Shown here piece after piece: positions 50,891-64,000 of a stretch of DNA of 64,000 bases. Both the position numbers and the translations under genes were made by a program. Source of the DNA: Lobosporangium transversale (Eukaryota); assembly GCF_002105155.1 (NCBI RefSeq), contig NW_019029000.1:62001-126000 (forward strand), read 5' to 3'. The notes under the pieces are model-generated. The model made no database searches. It had not been told where the DNA came from and worked only from the letters and a program-made list of their open reading frames with translations. The number at the start of each line of letters is the position of its first letter. Within the stretch, counting starts at the first letter, position 1.

Positions 50891-53108
50891 GTTGATGAAG
50901 ATGAAAAGAAAATAAATATTAACCTTGCAGATAGCCAATCCATTCGAATGCACAACGCGCGAGCAAAAAAAAAAGTGGAATCCCAACAAAGGAAAAGGAT
51001 CTTTTTCGCTGTGAGCACCCAATCTTGTGTTCACTGGCACATTTTACCAGTAACGAGATGGTGACAATTTCATCTCTGCCAATCCAATAGTCAGTTGTTG
51101 ACTTACAATTTGTACAGAACTCGAAGGTGGTGTTGAGGAAGAAATGAACCTATGGTTAGAACTGGGAACTAGGACTAGGATTGTGGTTATGATCGGGACT
51201 GAGATTAGGTTTGGTAATAGCATAGGGATTGGAGCTGGAATTGGAGCTGGGGTAGAGGGTAAGGGATACATGCAGGGGAGAAAGAATAAGATGAGAGCCG
51301 AACTGGGACCAAAGCAGGGCATATTTAACATATGACGCTGATTGTAAGAGCACAGAGGAAGCACGCTAGACTACAGCACGCAACATTTGAGAGATGCTCT
51401 TCAAATCACTAAATAAAAAAAAAATAAAAAAAAAAAAAATCAGACAAAATAAAAAACATGCAGACTATGCACCACTGCTATGCACACCTTGCACACCTTG
51501 CACACATTGAAGTTAAATCAACATTATAAATATATAGCATTGGGGTTTCCATTCTTGTTACTTTTAGAAAAAGGACAGTATATACTGTCTATTCTGTCTA
51601 ACTTGTTGCTCCGCACACACATTTGTCGCAACAACAAAAAGGATCGCGCAAAAAAAAAAGAGGGTGAGAGCTTGAGGGAATAGGAGGGTATGGAAATGAG
51701 AGAATAGCGCTAAGAAGCCATATGCTCACTTCATTTCGAATACTTCAAATATTTCGTATACGAGCTATTTGAAAGTGAGTTATTCGGTATACAATATAAA
51801 CAAACACTTGTTCGCAAGAGGCTCTCACTCTTACTCCTGCTGTACAATATTGCTGCACATCAATGAGTAGCTGAGTCGAAGCACGTTGGGGAGGAGGAGC
51901 TGCATAAGAGTGAGAGGAGAGGAGGCCAAATAGCTTTTTATTTATTTATTTATTTATTATTACATGGTAAGTTGAATAAATTATAAAAAGATACAAGGCG
52001 GAGGGGGGCATGTCAAAGACGTTTATTATTAACATGTTCATATAATTATAACTAATAAACACTATAATTATATATAATATTAAAATTCAAATATCTTATT
52101 CTATTTACACCTTGCACAATAAACATGACAGAACAAACACCATTGGGCAAGAGAGCGATGCGATTGGGAAAGATGACAGAATAGGAAGACAGGCACACAC
52201 TTTCTCTTTTTTTTTTTTGGTGTACTGGTGTACTTGCAATCTTTGCAATCTCACAAACATAGCAAATCCAATGGTGCTTGCATGCATGTCTTGGTATGCT
52301 TTGTCTAATTTCGCTTCGTTTCTTCACTTTATTCTCTCTCTCTCCCTTCTTTTCTAATTTCCTTTTCTCACTTTCGATTCATCTCTTGGAATCATTCCTC
52401 ATTTCACATCACTTTTTCTGATCGCGTGTAATTCAGGGACAACCATTCCTTCTGTCTCAGTTTTGCACACCTCGGCTCAGGAACATCAATCGCTATCAGC
52501 ACTCTCATTCCCAATCGTGTATTCTCTTTCCCCCCTTTCCATTCCCTCGTTCACACTCTTTACACTCTTCACACTCTTCACAACGTTTTATATACCTTCA
52601 GACTCTCAATCTCTTCCTCTTCACTTGAACGCTCTTATTCTTCTCCGACGTGATGTTCTCATACTCATAAACAGTTTAACCATTCTCTCTCTTCCCTGCT
52701 TCTCTCCCCCCTCTTTTTACGAACAAATTATCTGCTCTGATTTCACCACATCCAACACGTTGCATCTATTTTTTTCTCAAATTACACTAATATAGCGTGG
52801 ACGCTTTAAAAGATAGGAGACGCATCGTATTATCCAAAACAAACAACAAATCAACTTTCTTTTTTTTTTTTTTTTTCCCTCCTTCCTTTCCCTTCTGCAT
52901 CGATCCTATCCAAAGCAATATACCAACGCTGGCTCCCGAGAAATCAAAATAGGAAAAAAAAAAAATCACCTTCTCTCTTCCTTTTCCCTCTCATTCTCTC
53001 ATTCTCTCTTCTTCTCTTCCCTCTTCCTTCCTCCTCTTCCTCTCATAACGTAGCAAGATTTAAAAAAAAATCCTTTAAATATACATTCCAAAAAGAGAGA
53101 AAGAAATA

Positions 53109-56100
53109 ATGGCGCCTCCTCAGTTCAAGGTCATCATTGCTGGTGGTGGCATTGTTGGGTTGGCATTAGGTGTGATGCTTGAAAGGGCAGGTATCGACTA
53201 TTTGATCCTCGAAGCTGTCAATGAGGTTCGTCCTCTGGGTGCAGTCCTCTATGTGGGTCCGGCCGTCCTCCGAGCATTTGAACAACTTGGACTACTAGAT
53301 GATATGGTTCGTCACTCCAATATTATGACAGGTGTTACTTTGCTGGACCAAAAGTTGAACCAGATCTGTCGTATTGGCACAGCTTACGCTAGAGACAGGT
53401 AAATGAAGCTTTTATTAATATTGTTTGCTACAATCTATAACTATCACACCACAAATGAAAAATATATATTTATATATATAAAGAGGAAGGGAGAAGGGGA
53501 ACAAACGGTTCGGAAATGATTCTTTTTCAAGAAAGTGAAATATCTGCAATGATGCAGATTGTTTTAAAAAGGCATCTCATCGAGACTTCATGTGTATATC
53601 GTTGAGCAAAGGCCAACACGCACAAACTTACCAGACAGAAGGATAGAAGATTATAGAGAGTTCTGTTGGTGTGTGTTTGCGATAGAGAAATATCTCGAGA
53701 GCTGCATTGCGTTCCAGACAACCAAACAGCAAACAGAATGGTTCTTCCAGACGGAAACCATTGAGTCTTACCCATTTGTATTTTTAAAATACTGTCTCCC
53801 AATTGAAGAAACAAAGTTTACACATGTATTTCCGCGAATCAACCAGTCACATTCCACTTTGAGTAACAACTGCAAACTCTGTTTTGTGGATGGATTCAGA
53901 TGTTTGCATGTTCTTGTCGGTTGTCTGCCGCATGTAAAAAAAAGGAGAAAGGCAACGTTGAAAGGCTCTCACTTTTTTTTTTTTTTTTTTTTTTTTTCCT
54001 TCTTTCGAGTGTTCTTCCATTCTCCACATGGTGTCGTTTATCTTTTTTTTTTTTTCTTTTTTTTTTTTTCTCTCTTTTCGTGGGATGAAGCAACCCAATC
54101 TATCCCGTTACCCATGCATTTGTCCAATTTCGCCCATTTGCTCTTTTTCTTCCCTTTCCACCTCCCCTTTTTACGACTTTTTTGTAAATTGTCTATTTAT
54201 TGGCTTTTTAGTATGCTCTGCTCTCTTACATGTGTTGTAGAGTTGCATGCATGCACCATGCAACATTGCTTGGGAGACCCGGAAATCTGATCTCCAAGTG
54301 GCCGTTGCAATCAAAATTAGTCCTAAACTTACTGCACATGGAGACAGAATGCATTGATGGCTAATAATATTAACCACAATAATTGCTTCCCGTCCCTTCA
54401 TTCCTTTGCTCAAACCATTGATCAGATATGGCTATGATACTATAACAATTGTCCGACCCAAACTCTATGACATCCTGCTCTCCCGCATTCCAGCTTACAA
54501 GATTCTGTTTAACAAGCGTGTAAGGGCCACGGCTCAGAATAGTGAGGGTGTTAAAGTTCGCTGTGAGGATGGCTCAACATACAATGGTGACATTCTTGTT
54601 GCCGCAGATGGTGGATCATCATCGATTCGCAAGGCCATCTATGAAGAGATCCGCAAACGCTCCAAGAAGGTGTCTCATCCAGTAGATTATGCACGTCCCA
54701 AGCTGGATCAGAGATGCATCGTCGGTGTCTCTGAACCATTATCCGTCAAACAGTATCCAGTTCTTGCATCAAAGAATTGTGAGCTTATGCTTATCATGCC
54801 CAAAGATTCAAACTGCACGGTAAATACAGACAAAATTAGAAAATACCATTAATCTGGTCCGTGAGGTACATTCGGTGTGGATGTACACTAAACCTTTACT
54901 GTGGTCAATGCGCAGAGGGAAGGGGTGCAAACTACCTGGTATTTATACGAGTACCTGAAACGCTAATCATAATTGGGGGTCCTTCTATTGCCTCTTTTTC
55001 TTTTTTCTTTTTTTTTTTTGCTTCCCCTTTTGATGTCTCCTAGATTTGGTTTGTCCCAATGGCTGAAAGGCGCTTCGGTTGGGGCATCACGTCGCCTCTA
55101 CCCTGCACAGACCCTGATGCTCAACCGACCTCATCTTCAAAATCAAAGAGCAACTTGGAGAACTACCCTACCTTTGATTCAGATTCATTTGAAGCCCCTA
55201 ATTCGCCCTCATCTATCCACGAGGCGAGCCGATCATTCTCTGCTCTTTCAAATACATCCTACAGCCCACCTTCTATAACCTCCTCATCGTCTGGCCAACA
55301 GGTTTATGGCGAAAACGACTACAATTTCAGCACCAGTACCAACAATGTTTCCAGCATTAGCAATATTAACAATAATAACAATAGTATCAGTAGTGACAAC
55401 CTCAACTCCAATAATTACTTCACACCCCAGTCTGTCAGAAAAAGACAGTCCTTCGGCCGACTCTCTAAGCATTCGACCAGCTCCAATGGATCTCAGACAA
55501 GGTCGGAATATACCTCCGTAATACAGCTAAATGACTCTAGTGCACTCGACCTAAAAGATCTTCCTCGAGACAGAATATGGGGTAAATTAGATGAACAGTA
55601 CCATATCGAGGAGGCAATCCGAGAACAGGCCAGTCCCTTCGGAGGCACACTCGGTGATATCATTGACGCGACCTCAAGAAAAATGATCTCGATGGTCGTT
55701 GTAGAAGAGAAATTTTATCATACTTGGCATTTTGGTCGCACAGTTCTCTTGGGTGATGGTAAGTAAAAAAAAAAAAAAAAAAAAAAGCATTTGCCACATA
55801 GTTTATAATAATGTTCGTCTAAACAAATTCTTTCTTTTGCTTCTGGCTTTAATTCTCCGCTTATCTCACTAATTCTTCTCGCCACAGCATGCCACAAAGT
55901 AAGCAAATTATGTCAATCATGCCAAACGTGCCAAGTGTGCTGTGCATTGCTATGCTTTTAATCCCTACTTTTACGTACTCGCGTTATTTAACAATATCTC
56001 CTATTTCTTATCTCCTACCAATAGTTACTTCCATCTTCAGGCCATGCTACAACACAAGGCATCTTGGACGCTATCAGTCTTGCCTCGCTCTTGGCGGAGT

Positions 56101-56817
56101 TACCCAGCAACACTCCTAATGATATCAATGCTCTCTTCCGCGTTCATTACCAGCGACGTGGACCAAGTGCAAAGGCAGCGGTTGTTGTATCTCAACAACA
56201 AGCACAAATGTTATTTAATAGAGTATGTTTTTATTTTTATTTTTTCTTTAAGCGACGGATCGTCGGGTATTTTGTTTTTTTATAGAGTGTTTGGACCTTA
56301 TCTCTTTTTTATTAACACTATGCTATTTGGTTGTCACCATCGTTTATCCATTCACATATTGTAATAGAAATTGACGGGCAAGATCATGCGCAAGATGGCT
56401 TCGAATTGGATCTCTGACTGGTTCAAAATCAAGCTGACGGATCGTCTATTCGAGTCGCGTCCCATGCTTCCATACTTGAAACCTATTCCTGATCGTGGAT
56501 CGCACAAGGATAAGGATAAATCTGTACCATTATTACAAGATAAGCGGTTTGAGATGGCTCGGAGGAAATCTGTTTCATCAGGGTACTTGAGTGCTACTTC
56601 TATGATCGGAGAAGGACGGGACGGAGGATTTGGTGGGGATGGTGTTGAGCTAGACTTTGCGATGTCTCCCTTCTCAACATCAATGCCGTCGATTGTTATG
56701 CAGTCATCACCGTTGCCACCCCCTGTAAGTGGAATAATAGAAGACGACATGTATGGTTCTTCCTCAAGGTCTGGTGAGAAGGAGGCGATAAGCCGTTGGC
56801 GGTTGTACCGTAATTAG
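53109..56817 (+). CDS. FAD-dependent monooxygenase (group A flavoprotein hydroxylase-like), multi-exon
   Basis: Rossmann motif VIIAGGGIVGL, DG motif DILVAADGGSS, GD motif RTVLLGDACHK (ACHK supplied by an 11-nt microexon, 55888-55898). First intron about 1 kb (53399-54425). Confidence 0.88.
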
Positions 56818-57343
56818 AGAGAGAGCAACATACGCATATTTATGCACACATATATTTCGCCATAGAATCAATAACACTCCATCCTTAGTATAAATTTAAA
56901 TATCTGTGAACAAAAGATTTTAGTATTGTTTAATTGCTTGCGATGAACGTCAAGATGGAAAGGGACGCAAGGAAGGGGATGATCTTGGCGGTATTACAGC
57001 TCCCTCGGAAAGAGAGTGATGAATAAATGTCCAGCCTTGCGCCGAAGTTGTATGTTGTCTTGGGATTTAGCTTTAAATATGTATAATGCGCACGGGTGCA
57101 ATATTCCTTCAGCATTCCCACATGTTACACTTGTTCATACCAAACTGACAGACATACTCCTTGGTTTTTGTTTTCCTTCCTCAATCATCTCTTTCTCATC
57201 GTTCTACTCCTTCATTACTCATTCCAATGCAAGCTCATACTTCTCTAGTGTCCCTTCCGTGGCAGCTGCAGCATAATTCGCCTGATAACGCCCGAGGCAC
57301 ATCTGGTTCTCGTTCTTGTTCTCTCTCTTTTCGCTCCTCAACC

Positions 57344-57657
57344 ATGTCATCATCATGGTCTTCTGGTACCTATCCCTCACCTATGCTACTCCCAGAGATC
57401 ATTACCCTCATCTGTTCCTACCTTAGCCGTCCAGACCTTGCAGTTGCAGCTCGATTCAATCGGACTTGGTCAAAGATCTGTCTGCCCTTATTATACCGCG
57501 AGATTTCGCTCAATGGGCGTAGGTTCAAGATAGACAGTCTTGAGTTAGGTATTCGACGTAGTGGTCATTTCTGTTTGCGGTTACAAGCTGCTCGCGACGT
57601 AGTAAGTAGACAGAGCCGAATTTCTCTTAGAAGCGGCGTATTGCTCAACTTTACTAA

Positions 57658-57693
<36 letters not shown>

Positions 57694-59271
57694 CATTGGT
57701 GTTCCAGAATTGCGGGAATGCTGCGCTGTACGCCCAATCTAATAGATCTAGACGCCACCTGGATGAATGTCGACTTGCTCGAGTCCTTGGTGTTTCTCCA
57801 GAAGCTGGAGCGGCTCGCGATCTCACGCCTCCAGGGATGCTATTCAGAAGATAGTCAGTTCTTTGAGCCTTTCTTTCAAGGATCTTCAAGAATCAGGGAG
57901 CTTAATATGGCAGACTCGAGTCAGATGACTGACTCCACCTTGGTGAGTATCATTAAGACCAGTCCACATATTCAGGCCTTAACAGTCTCAGGCAACCAAT
58001 GCCTGACCCATCAAGGTTTGATTCGATGGTGTGAGCAGCTTTCAAAATCGTCATCGCCACCATTGTCATCGCCGTCCAAGTTAGATAGCATAGCTATGAC
58101 CGAGTTGACAACTGTCAACTTCGCAAACTGTAATCGAATTCAGCCCTCGGGCTACCGAGCTTTATTCGAACATTCCCGAAACCTTCAGCATGTCAATCTT
58201 ATGTCCACACGTGTGGACGATGACGCATTGCAAGTCTTGGCTAACCAAAACCAAGGTTTGGAGAACATCATCCTTAACTGTTGTCCAGCCATCTCAGATC
58301 ATGGCCTACAGGCGATCCTTAGGGCTTGTCGCCAACTAAAGGCGATCTCACTTCTGTATTGCAATCGCATCTCTGCTCGAATATTCTTTCAGAGCCAGTG
58401 GAAGTGCCGCGGATTAGAGGAGTTGAGGTTTTCTTTGAACGGATGGCATCAAGATCTAATCGAACATGGACTAGAGGGGGGAAATGGTGGTGGCGGAGGT
58501 GATACACCTGCTCAAGACCCAGAGATGAACCCAAGCATCATTCAGCCGCATCTTCAAGAAGGTGCAGACCTTCAGTCAATGATCTATGAGCCGCAGCTTG
58601 AGTTTATGATTTTTGGTGAACCGGAATGGGAAGTTGCCGCTTTGTCAGAGGATGATGATGATGATGGGACCTATCTAGCCGATCAAGTACCTATACAGAG
58701 TACCACTACTACTGCCAACAATAGCAGTGATAGCCATGATAACGATATTTCTATTCATTATCATTCGATGGATATCGACCCGCCTCCCTCTTTCCAAGAG
58801 TACCGTCAGCGTCTTATCTTGACCCAGCTCTACCGTCAAATCGGACAATTCACGCGGCTTCAGACTCTAGTTATGCGTAGCATTAATCTTCCGCTAAACC
58901 TGAACGCAGGATTAAGTCGTCTCAGTCGATTAAAGGCTCTTCAGCGTATTGAATTGGCAGGACTCGAGCAACCATTTGGTCCATCTGAAGTCAATTGGTT
59001 AGCAGGAATCTCATTAGTAACGCCCATAAAGAGTGCACAAGAACAGAAACATGGGCCTGTAGCACAGCAGGTTGAACAGACAGCTTTTAGTGGGCTCAAG
59101 ACAAGAGATGTCGTTTCTACAACTATAACAGTGTCACAGCCTTTGCCCATGTTGCGTGAGTTGGCGTTCATAGGTGGCTATAGCTTATCATCAGATCTAT
59201 TAAGAAAGCTCAAAGAATATCGTCCGCAGTTGGATATTCAATTAACTCAAGTCAGGGATGCCGTCGCTTAG
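57344..59271 (+). CDS. F-box / leucine-rich repeat (RNI-like) protein
   Basis: Exons 57344-57601 and 57691-59271. F-box LLPEIITLICSYLSRPDLAVAARFNRTWSKICLPLLY. Cys-containing LRRs (LNCCPAISDHGL, LLYCNRIS). Confidence 0.9.
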
Positions 59272-59346
59272 TGACAAATGGACAGTAGAGTATCTTTAAT
59301 ACAGTTTATAGAGAAATAATGTTATCGTAATAATAAAAAAAGCTAA

Positions 59347-61046
59347 TTATGATTGGATAATCATGAAAGAATTCGTCAAGTCAACATGATTATCACGATC
59401 GATTGTCCTTTTCCCTTCCAGATGTCTTCTCCTGCAAAGATCTCGTACAATCAAGTGCCAAGAGTCTCTAGTCAACAAGACTCTACGTCCATACTCCCAG
59501 ACCCTTTTCTGCATTTTCTGGTATTGTTCTTCAGGAATGGCACGCAAGATCTTGTCCAAGCGATGAGCATCATCACGTCTGATTTTGATACTGAAGCTAG
59601 CCCAGTCAATATCATCCTCAAAAGGTTCCACAATTCCGTCTGCAATGATCACAGGAACCACACCGAAAGCGATACACTCCCAGAGTCGGGTTGTGCCCAG
59701 CGTATGCCCCATAGGGACCAGGCCATAACGAGCTCTTGAAAGCAATTTAGCATATTTCTCTGGTCCCCATCCTGAAGCAATCACGTAATCTGCTTGACGA
59801 TCAAATCCATTGAGTAAGAGAGATCGAATGCCTGCAGAGTAGACGTCATCGGGCTGAACATCTTTATATCGACCGCTAAAGAGCACAAAGATATCTCGTC
59901 GTTTGTGTTTTGGATGACCACTGCTGGTCAGATACTGTAATGGGTCAATCTTCACTAGGTTCAGGATAGTTGTAGCAGATGGGATTACAATATTTTTATA
60001 TCGTCGGGATCCGACCACAGAAGGTGCCAGGGGTCTCAGATCTCCACTAGTAGTCAAGAAGGTGGCGTTCTGCATGATATCCTTTTGTTGATAGTAAAGA
60101 GACGTTCGGTCCATTGGATGTACCATTAGATGATCCTGACCCCAAGTCCTGTTCCAGTAAGGTAGTTCCTGTTGGATGTAGCGCATCATAGGTAGCACGT
60201 ATTGTCCATCTACATCACAATCACCCTTTTCCCCGAGAATAAACCAACAATGATTCAGATATCGAGCTCCCAAAAAAGGGATATAAAAGAAATCGGCTTC
60301 TTCAGGGTTAGAGGTCACATAACTCTTGTAAGCACCTGAGGAGGGGTCTCTTAATTGTTCTAACAAGATATGTTCTGCAATATAAGGAGTGTGAACTGGA
60401 GGTACTCTTTTGTAGACTTCTTGAATGGCTGGCGGATCAGGATAGACATAAATCTTGGGTCTACAAAGCATTTCATCAATATTGGGTGGCCATCGGAGGT
60501 GAGGTGCAATGGGTGGGAGTGGCTTTAAAAGGATGGGAGTATGGCGTGTTGGATTTTTGTTAATCCCTCGACTGGATTTGTGGGCGGTCCGTGATCCTGC
60601 TAAGCGTCTCTCCAGGTCCGAATCCAGATCTGATATCATAATCATTATGATAGTTTAAAAAAAAAAAAGGGGGGGGAGGGGAATTATTTGTCAATGGAAA
60701 ATGAAAGCGACCAAAGCTAACAATCAATAAATAAAAAGTTTTTTTTTACCATAAGGTGATCTAGTGAAGAAGGTGATGCGAACTAGGACATAGAGCCATG
60801 AGAAGAGACCTGCAGCGATGAAATATGTGATCTACCAAAAGGACATTCATCCTAGTAATTCAGTTGACTTCAAAACCTATTTTGGGTCTCTCCGCCACTC
60901 CTTTCCCCCTTTTTTTTAAATGAGGCATTCATGTTACATACCGTCCTGCGAGAAGAGATAATGCGTTTAAAAGTGAGGATCATATTACGTCTGTCATAGT
61001 TGGGGGGTGGTGGCCTGAATTGGCCTTTATAATAGTAGTTTGGCAT
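59347..61046 (-). CDS. Exostosin-family (GT47) glycosyltransferase, type II membrane protein (about 489 aa)
   Basis: Exons 61046-60942, 60831-60750 (TM anchor ITYFIAAGLFSWLYVLVRITFF) and 60629-59347. Motifs KIYVY, TSNPEEADFFYIP, PYWNRTWGQDHL, RYGLVPMG...TRLWECIAFGVVPVII...PFEDDIDW. Confidence 0.9.
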
Positions 61047-61495
61047 TAGATGAAAGTCAGAAAGACAAAAGATGAGGAAATGAGAAAAAGGATGATGATG
61101 TTCGGGACAAATGAATTGATGATTCTTCCCGCACAGAACTTTTCTTTTCCTTTTCGCGTGCAACTTTAACTGTTGCCGGGGGACAAACGAGTTGCTTTCA
61201 TTGGGTAGGATCAACTGACAACCCTTAAGTTGGGAAAAAAGAACAGAGACACAGCAAATTTTTTAATAAATAGCACAACTCAAGGTTCCACACTTCAAGG
61301 CACAAACAAACATGTGGCAGAACAGAGGTACCTCTTACTTCGAGTAAGCCCCACATGAAGATGAAGGAAGCATTCAAGAAAAAAAACAGATTTTCTGTGC
61401 TAAAAAAAACTTTTATTACATCTTCATAGAACAATCTAAATCTTTTTAGACAAGTTGCCTTGTCCTCCTTCAACTGCAAATAAGAGACAGGTCGC

Positions 61496-62843
61496 TTATC
61501 CGGAACCGCCAGAGTAGGCCTTGCCGAAGAAGATGATCTGGAGCTGATCGTAACCAGACAAGACACCAGCACCAGCAATGGCACGGAGGACGTTAGCACC
61601 AGCACCCTTGAAGAGGGACTTGTAACCCTCCTTGGAGACAATCTGCTTGAAGGCATCGAATGAGGAGCTGTACTTGACGGCCTCACCAGAGGTCATCATC
61701 ATTCTTCTGCGGACAGTATCGACGGGGTAAGAAGCAAGACCAGCCAAGTTGGTAACACCGAAACCGAGAATGAAAGAGGCAATGAACGAGCCCTGGAGGG
61801 AAGCAGGCATCAAAGGCTTAACGGAATCGTAAAGACCGAAGTACAAACCACGGTAGATGATAATACCGAAAGCAGAGAGAGGGAAACCACGGTAGAGACC
61901 AGCAACACCATCAGTTGCAATGGTCTTCTTGTAGACATCAATGAGACCGTTGAACTGACGGGCTCCGCCACCCTTGCCCTTGGCGTCGTTAGCAAGACGA
62001 GTACGGGCATAGTCCAAAGAGTAGACGAAGAGGAGAGAGCAGGCACCAGCAGCACCACCGGAGGCGATGTTACCAGCGAACCACTTGGCATAACCATCCT
62101 TCTCCTTCTTGAAGTTGAACATGGCCTTGAAGTAATCCTTGAAGGCGAAGTTCAAAGCCTGGGTAGGGAAGTAACGGATGACGTTGGCAGTGTTACCTCT
62201 CCAGAGGGGGGAGATACCCTCATCAGCGACAACGCGACGGAAGCAGTCGGTGATGCCCTTGTAGGGGTGGGAGAGACGACCAGACTTGAGCATCTCATCC
62301 TGATTCTGGAGGAGAAGCTTGATACGCTCAATAGGGGCAGCAGCGGTCTTGGAGACAGCGGCAGAGACACCTCCCTAGAAATAAGATATTGGGAAATCAG
62401 GTAACCATGAGTCAGTCATCATTGGATTCATAAAGGTTGAAGTATTCTTCTAAAGTTATGAGAACTAGATGAACTCATCCGGATTGGTGAAAAAAGGATC
62501 ATTAAACAACGATGAGATGAAACGAGATTGGAAACACTCGATCCATATAATTAAGAATAGTGGACAAGTTGTTGTCTGCTTCAGTTTTGATCACTTTATG
62601 ATCTGAGATCACAGATCGGAAGTCGGACCATGCGGAAGAAAAAAAAAAAAAATACACTTGGATGATGACAATTGACGACGATGAAGGTGCTGATCAGGAT
62701 GATGAGACTCGCTCTCTTTTCCTTTTGTTTGCAGGTATAAAGACAGGAACAGTTAGAGATATTCGTATCAGCATGGCACTCACCATGAGGAAATCGGCAG
62801 CGAAAGCCTTGGCGTCCTTCTTGGGCTTCTGAGGGGAAGACAT
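61496..62843 (-). CDS. AAC: Mitochondrial ADP/ATP carrier (about 312 aa)
   Basis: Exons 62843-62784 and 62374-61496. [49 protein letters not shown], signature RRRMMM. Strong C/T-ending codon bias typical of highly expressed genes. Confidence 0.98.
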
Positions 62844-63234
62844 GTTTATGAAGAGTGGGGAGAGAGAAAGAAAAGAGAAGGAGCAGACCTGTTCCGGGTG
62901 GATGATTGTATTTATGGACACCTGTCTCTTGGTGTAAACAACAAGTAGAAAGTCCGACAAACTAGTCTAAATCCCCTGTATTGCGATTTCGATGTCGTGC
63001 TGAGATCTTAAGCTGAAAAGCAAAAATTTTCAGCCAAGCCACTGATACTAGGTCATATCACGTGCCAGTCATATTTGGCAATAAAGCTGTTGTCCAATGA
63101 TTTCCAGTTTTGTTTGTTGTAGACATTAAGAAAGCCAATGTTTTCGCTCATGTGAGTGTTTAAAATAACAGCCTCTTTCTCGTTTTGGTACCAGATTCAT
63201 ACCGCTATATACGCTATACCGGCATCCGATAACC

Positions 63235-63849
63235 ATGGCCTCTTCAGACGCGGCAGAAACAACTGCAAATGCAGCTCTGTTAGAGGCTGCGCCACCTTCG
63301 CTTCTTGCGCTCCAGCAAACGACAAATGAGAATGTGAGGAATCTTAAGCGCAAAGTCATTAGTGTCACTAAGCTTATGGAAGTCTTTAAGAATAAGGAGA
63401 AAGGTAGCGCTTGATCTTAACCTCTACGTATTGTGTCCTCGTAGGGTTTGAAAGGGCATGGACTTTTTATAATCTAACTGTAATTTGTGGTAAACCTTTC
63501 TATAGAAACGGCATTATTGAAGCAGCAACTAGAAGATGCTCAAAAGGAGATCAAAGCGCTACAGGGGAAACCCAGCAGCGATACATCAACCGAAATGGAA
63601 ACTGAGATGCTAGGCGGCTTTGCTGAAAAGCAAGCTCAGCTAACAGAGCAAGCAAAGATAGAGGTAGAACAGGCTAAAGCAAAACAGAAGCTAGCCGAGG
63701 AAAGTCTTGCGAGACAAACGCAGAAACTTCGAGCTATCGAGATGCTCAATACGCAATTGGAAGCAAAAGGAATTAATTTCGACAAGATTAAAGGAGAAAT
63801 GACTGAGCTTCAAAAAAAACTAACCAGCGCACAAAAAGAATTAGAACAG
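63235..63849 (+). CDS. 5' part of a coiled-coil protein gene, probably continuing beyond the window
   Basis: Exon 1 from 63235 (MASSDAAETT...FKNKEK, donor near 63404) splices in frame to ETALLKQQLEDAQKEIKAL...QKELEQ with a GTTAG donor at 63850. Confidence 0.7.
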
Positions 63850-64000
63850 GTTAGCCGGAGAAGGTAGATATAATTAATTCACGATGTTAATTTTATGAAA
63901 CCTGTGTTGCATACGCAGCGATATAGCGAGTTACATGTTATTGACCGTTCAGTCGCTCATCCCATGATTACGTATAGCAAACAAGAGTCATCTGAACTTC

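Noticed and set aside
51150..51270. G-rich hexamer-periodic tract considered as an interstitial telomeric repeat
   Set aside because: Units are heterogeneous and not TTAGGG. Best read as a degenerate microsatellite.
53592..54290. 232-aa ORF inside intron 1 of the monooxygenase
   Set aside because: Non-ATG start and read-through of poly(T) tracts, with no domain. Likely spurious.
62397..62425. C-box (ATGATGA) and D-box (CTGA) like motifs in the AAC intron, minus strand
   Set aside because: Under 30 nt apart, too short for a C/D snoRNA.

Overview
Eukaryotic, intron-rich fungal DNA. The short GT-AG introns, very frequent 20-35 nt poly(A)/poly(T) runs and the gene families present suggest an early-diverging fungus, most likely Mortierellaceae (inference, not verified). 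I assembled exons by hand from the sequence. After about 7 kb with no recognisable gene, the window contains: a coiled-coil protein, PEX7, a small 4-exon OB-fold-like gene that the ORF track only shows in fragments, a secreted S9-like alpha/beta hydrolase, and two tandem paralogous putative GPI cell-surface genes. Next is a Crinkler (CRN/RHS-type) locus with one intact header-NTPase-nuclease gene and two degraded relatives, followed by a 417-bp MITE-like element. The rest holds BZZ1, CRM1/XPO1, an orphan helical protein, condensin subunit YCS4/CND1, a BTB-like protein, an FAD monooxygenase, an F-box/LRR protein, a GT47 exostosin-family glycosyltransferase, the ADP/ATP carrier and a truncated coiled-coil gene. 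I recognised no tRNA, rRNA or CRISPR. The most interesting signals are the variable 21.5-31.6 kb block, the hidden OB-fold gene, and recurrent 3' splice sites preceded by A-runs.
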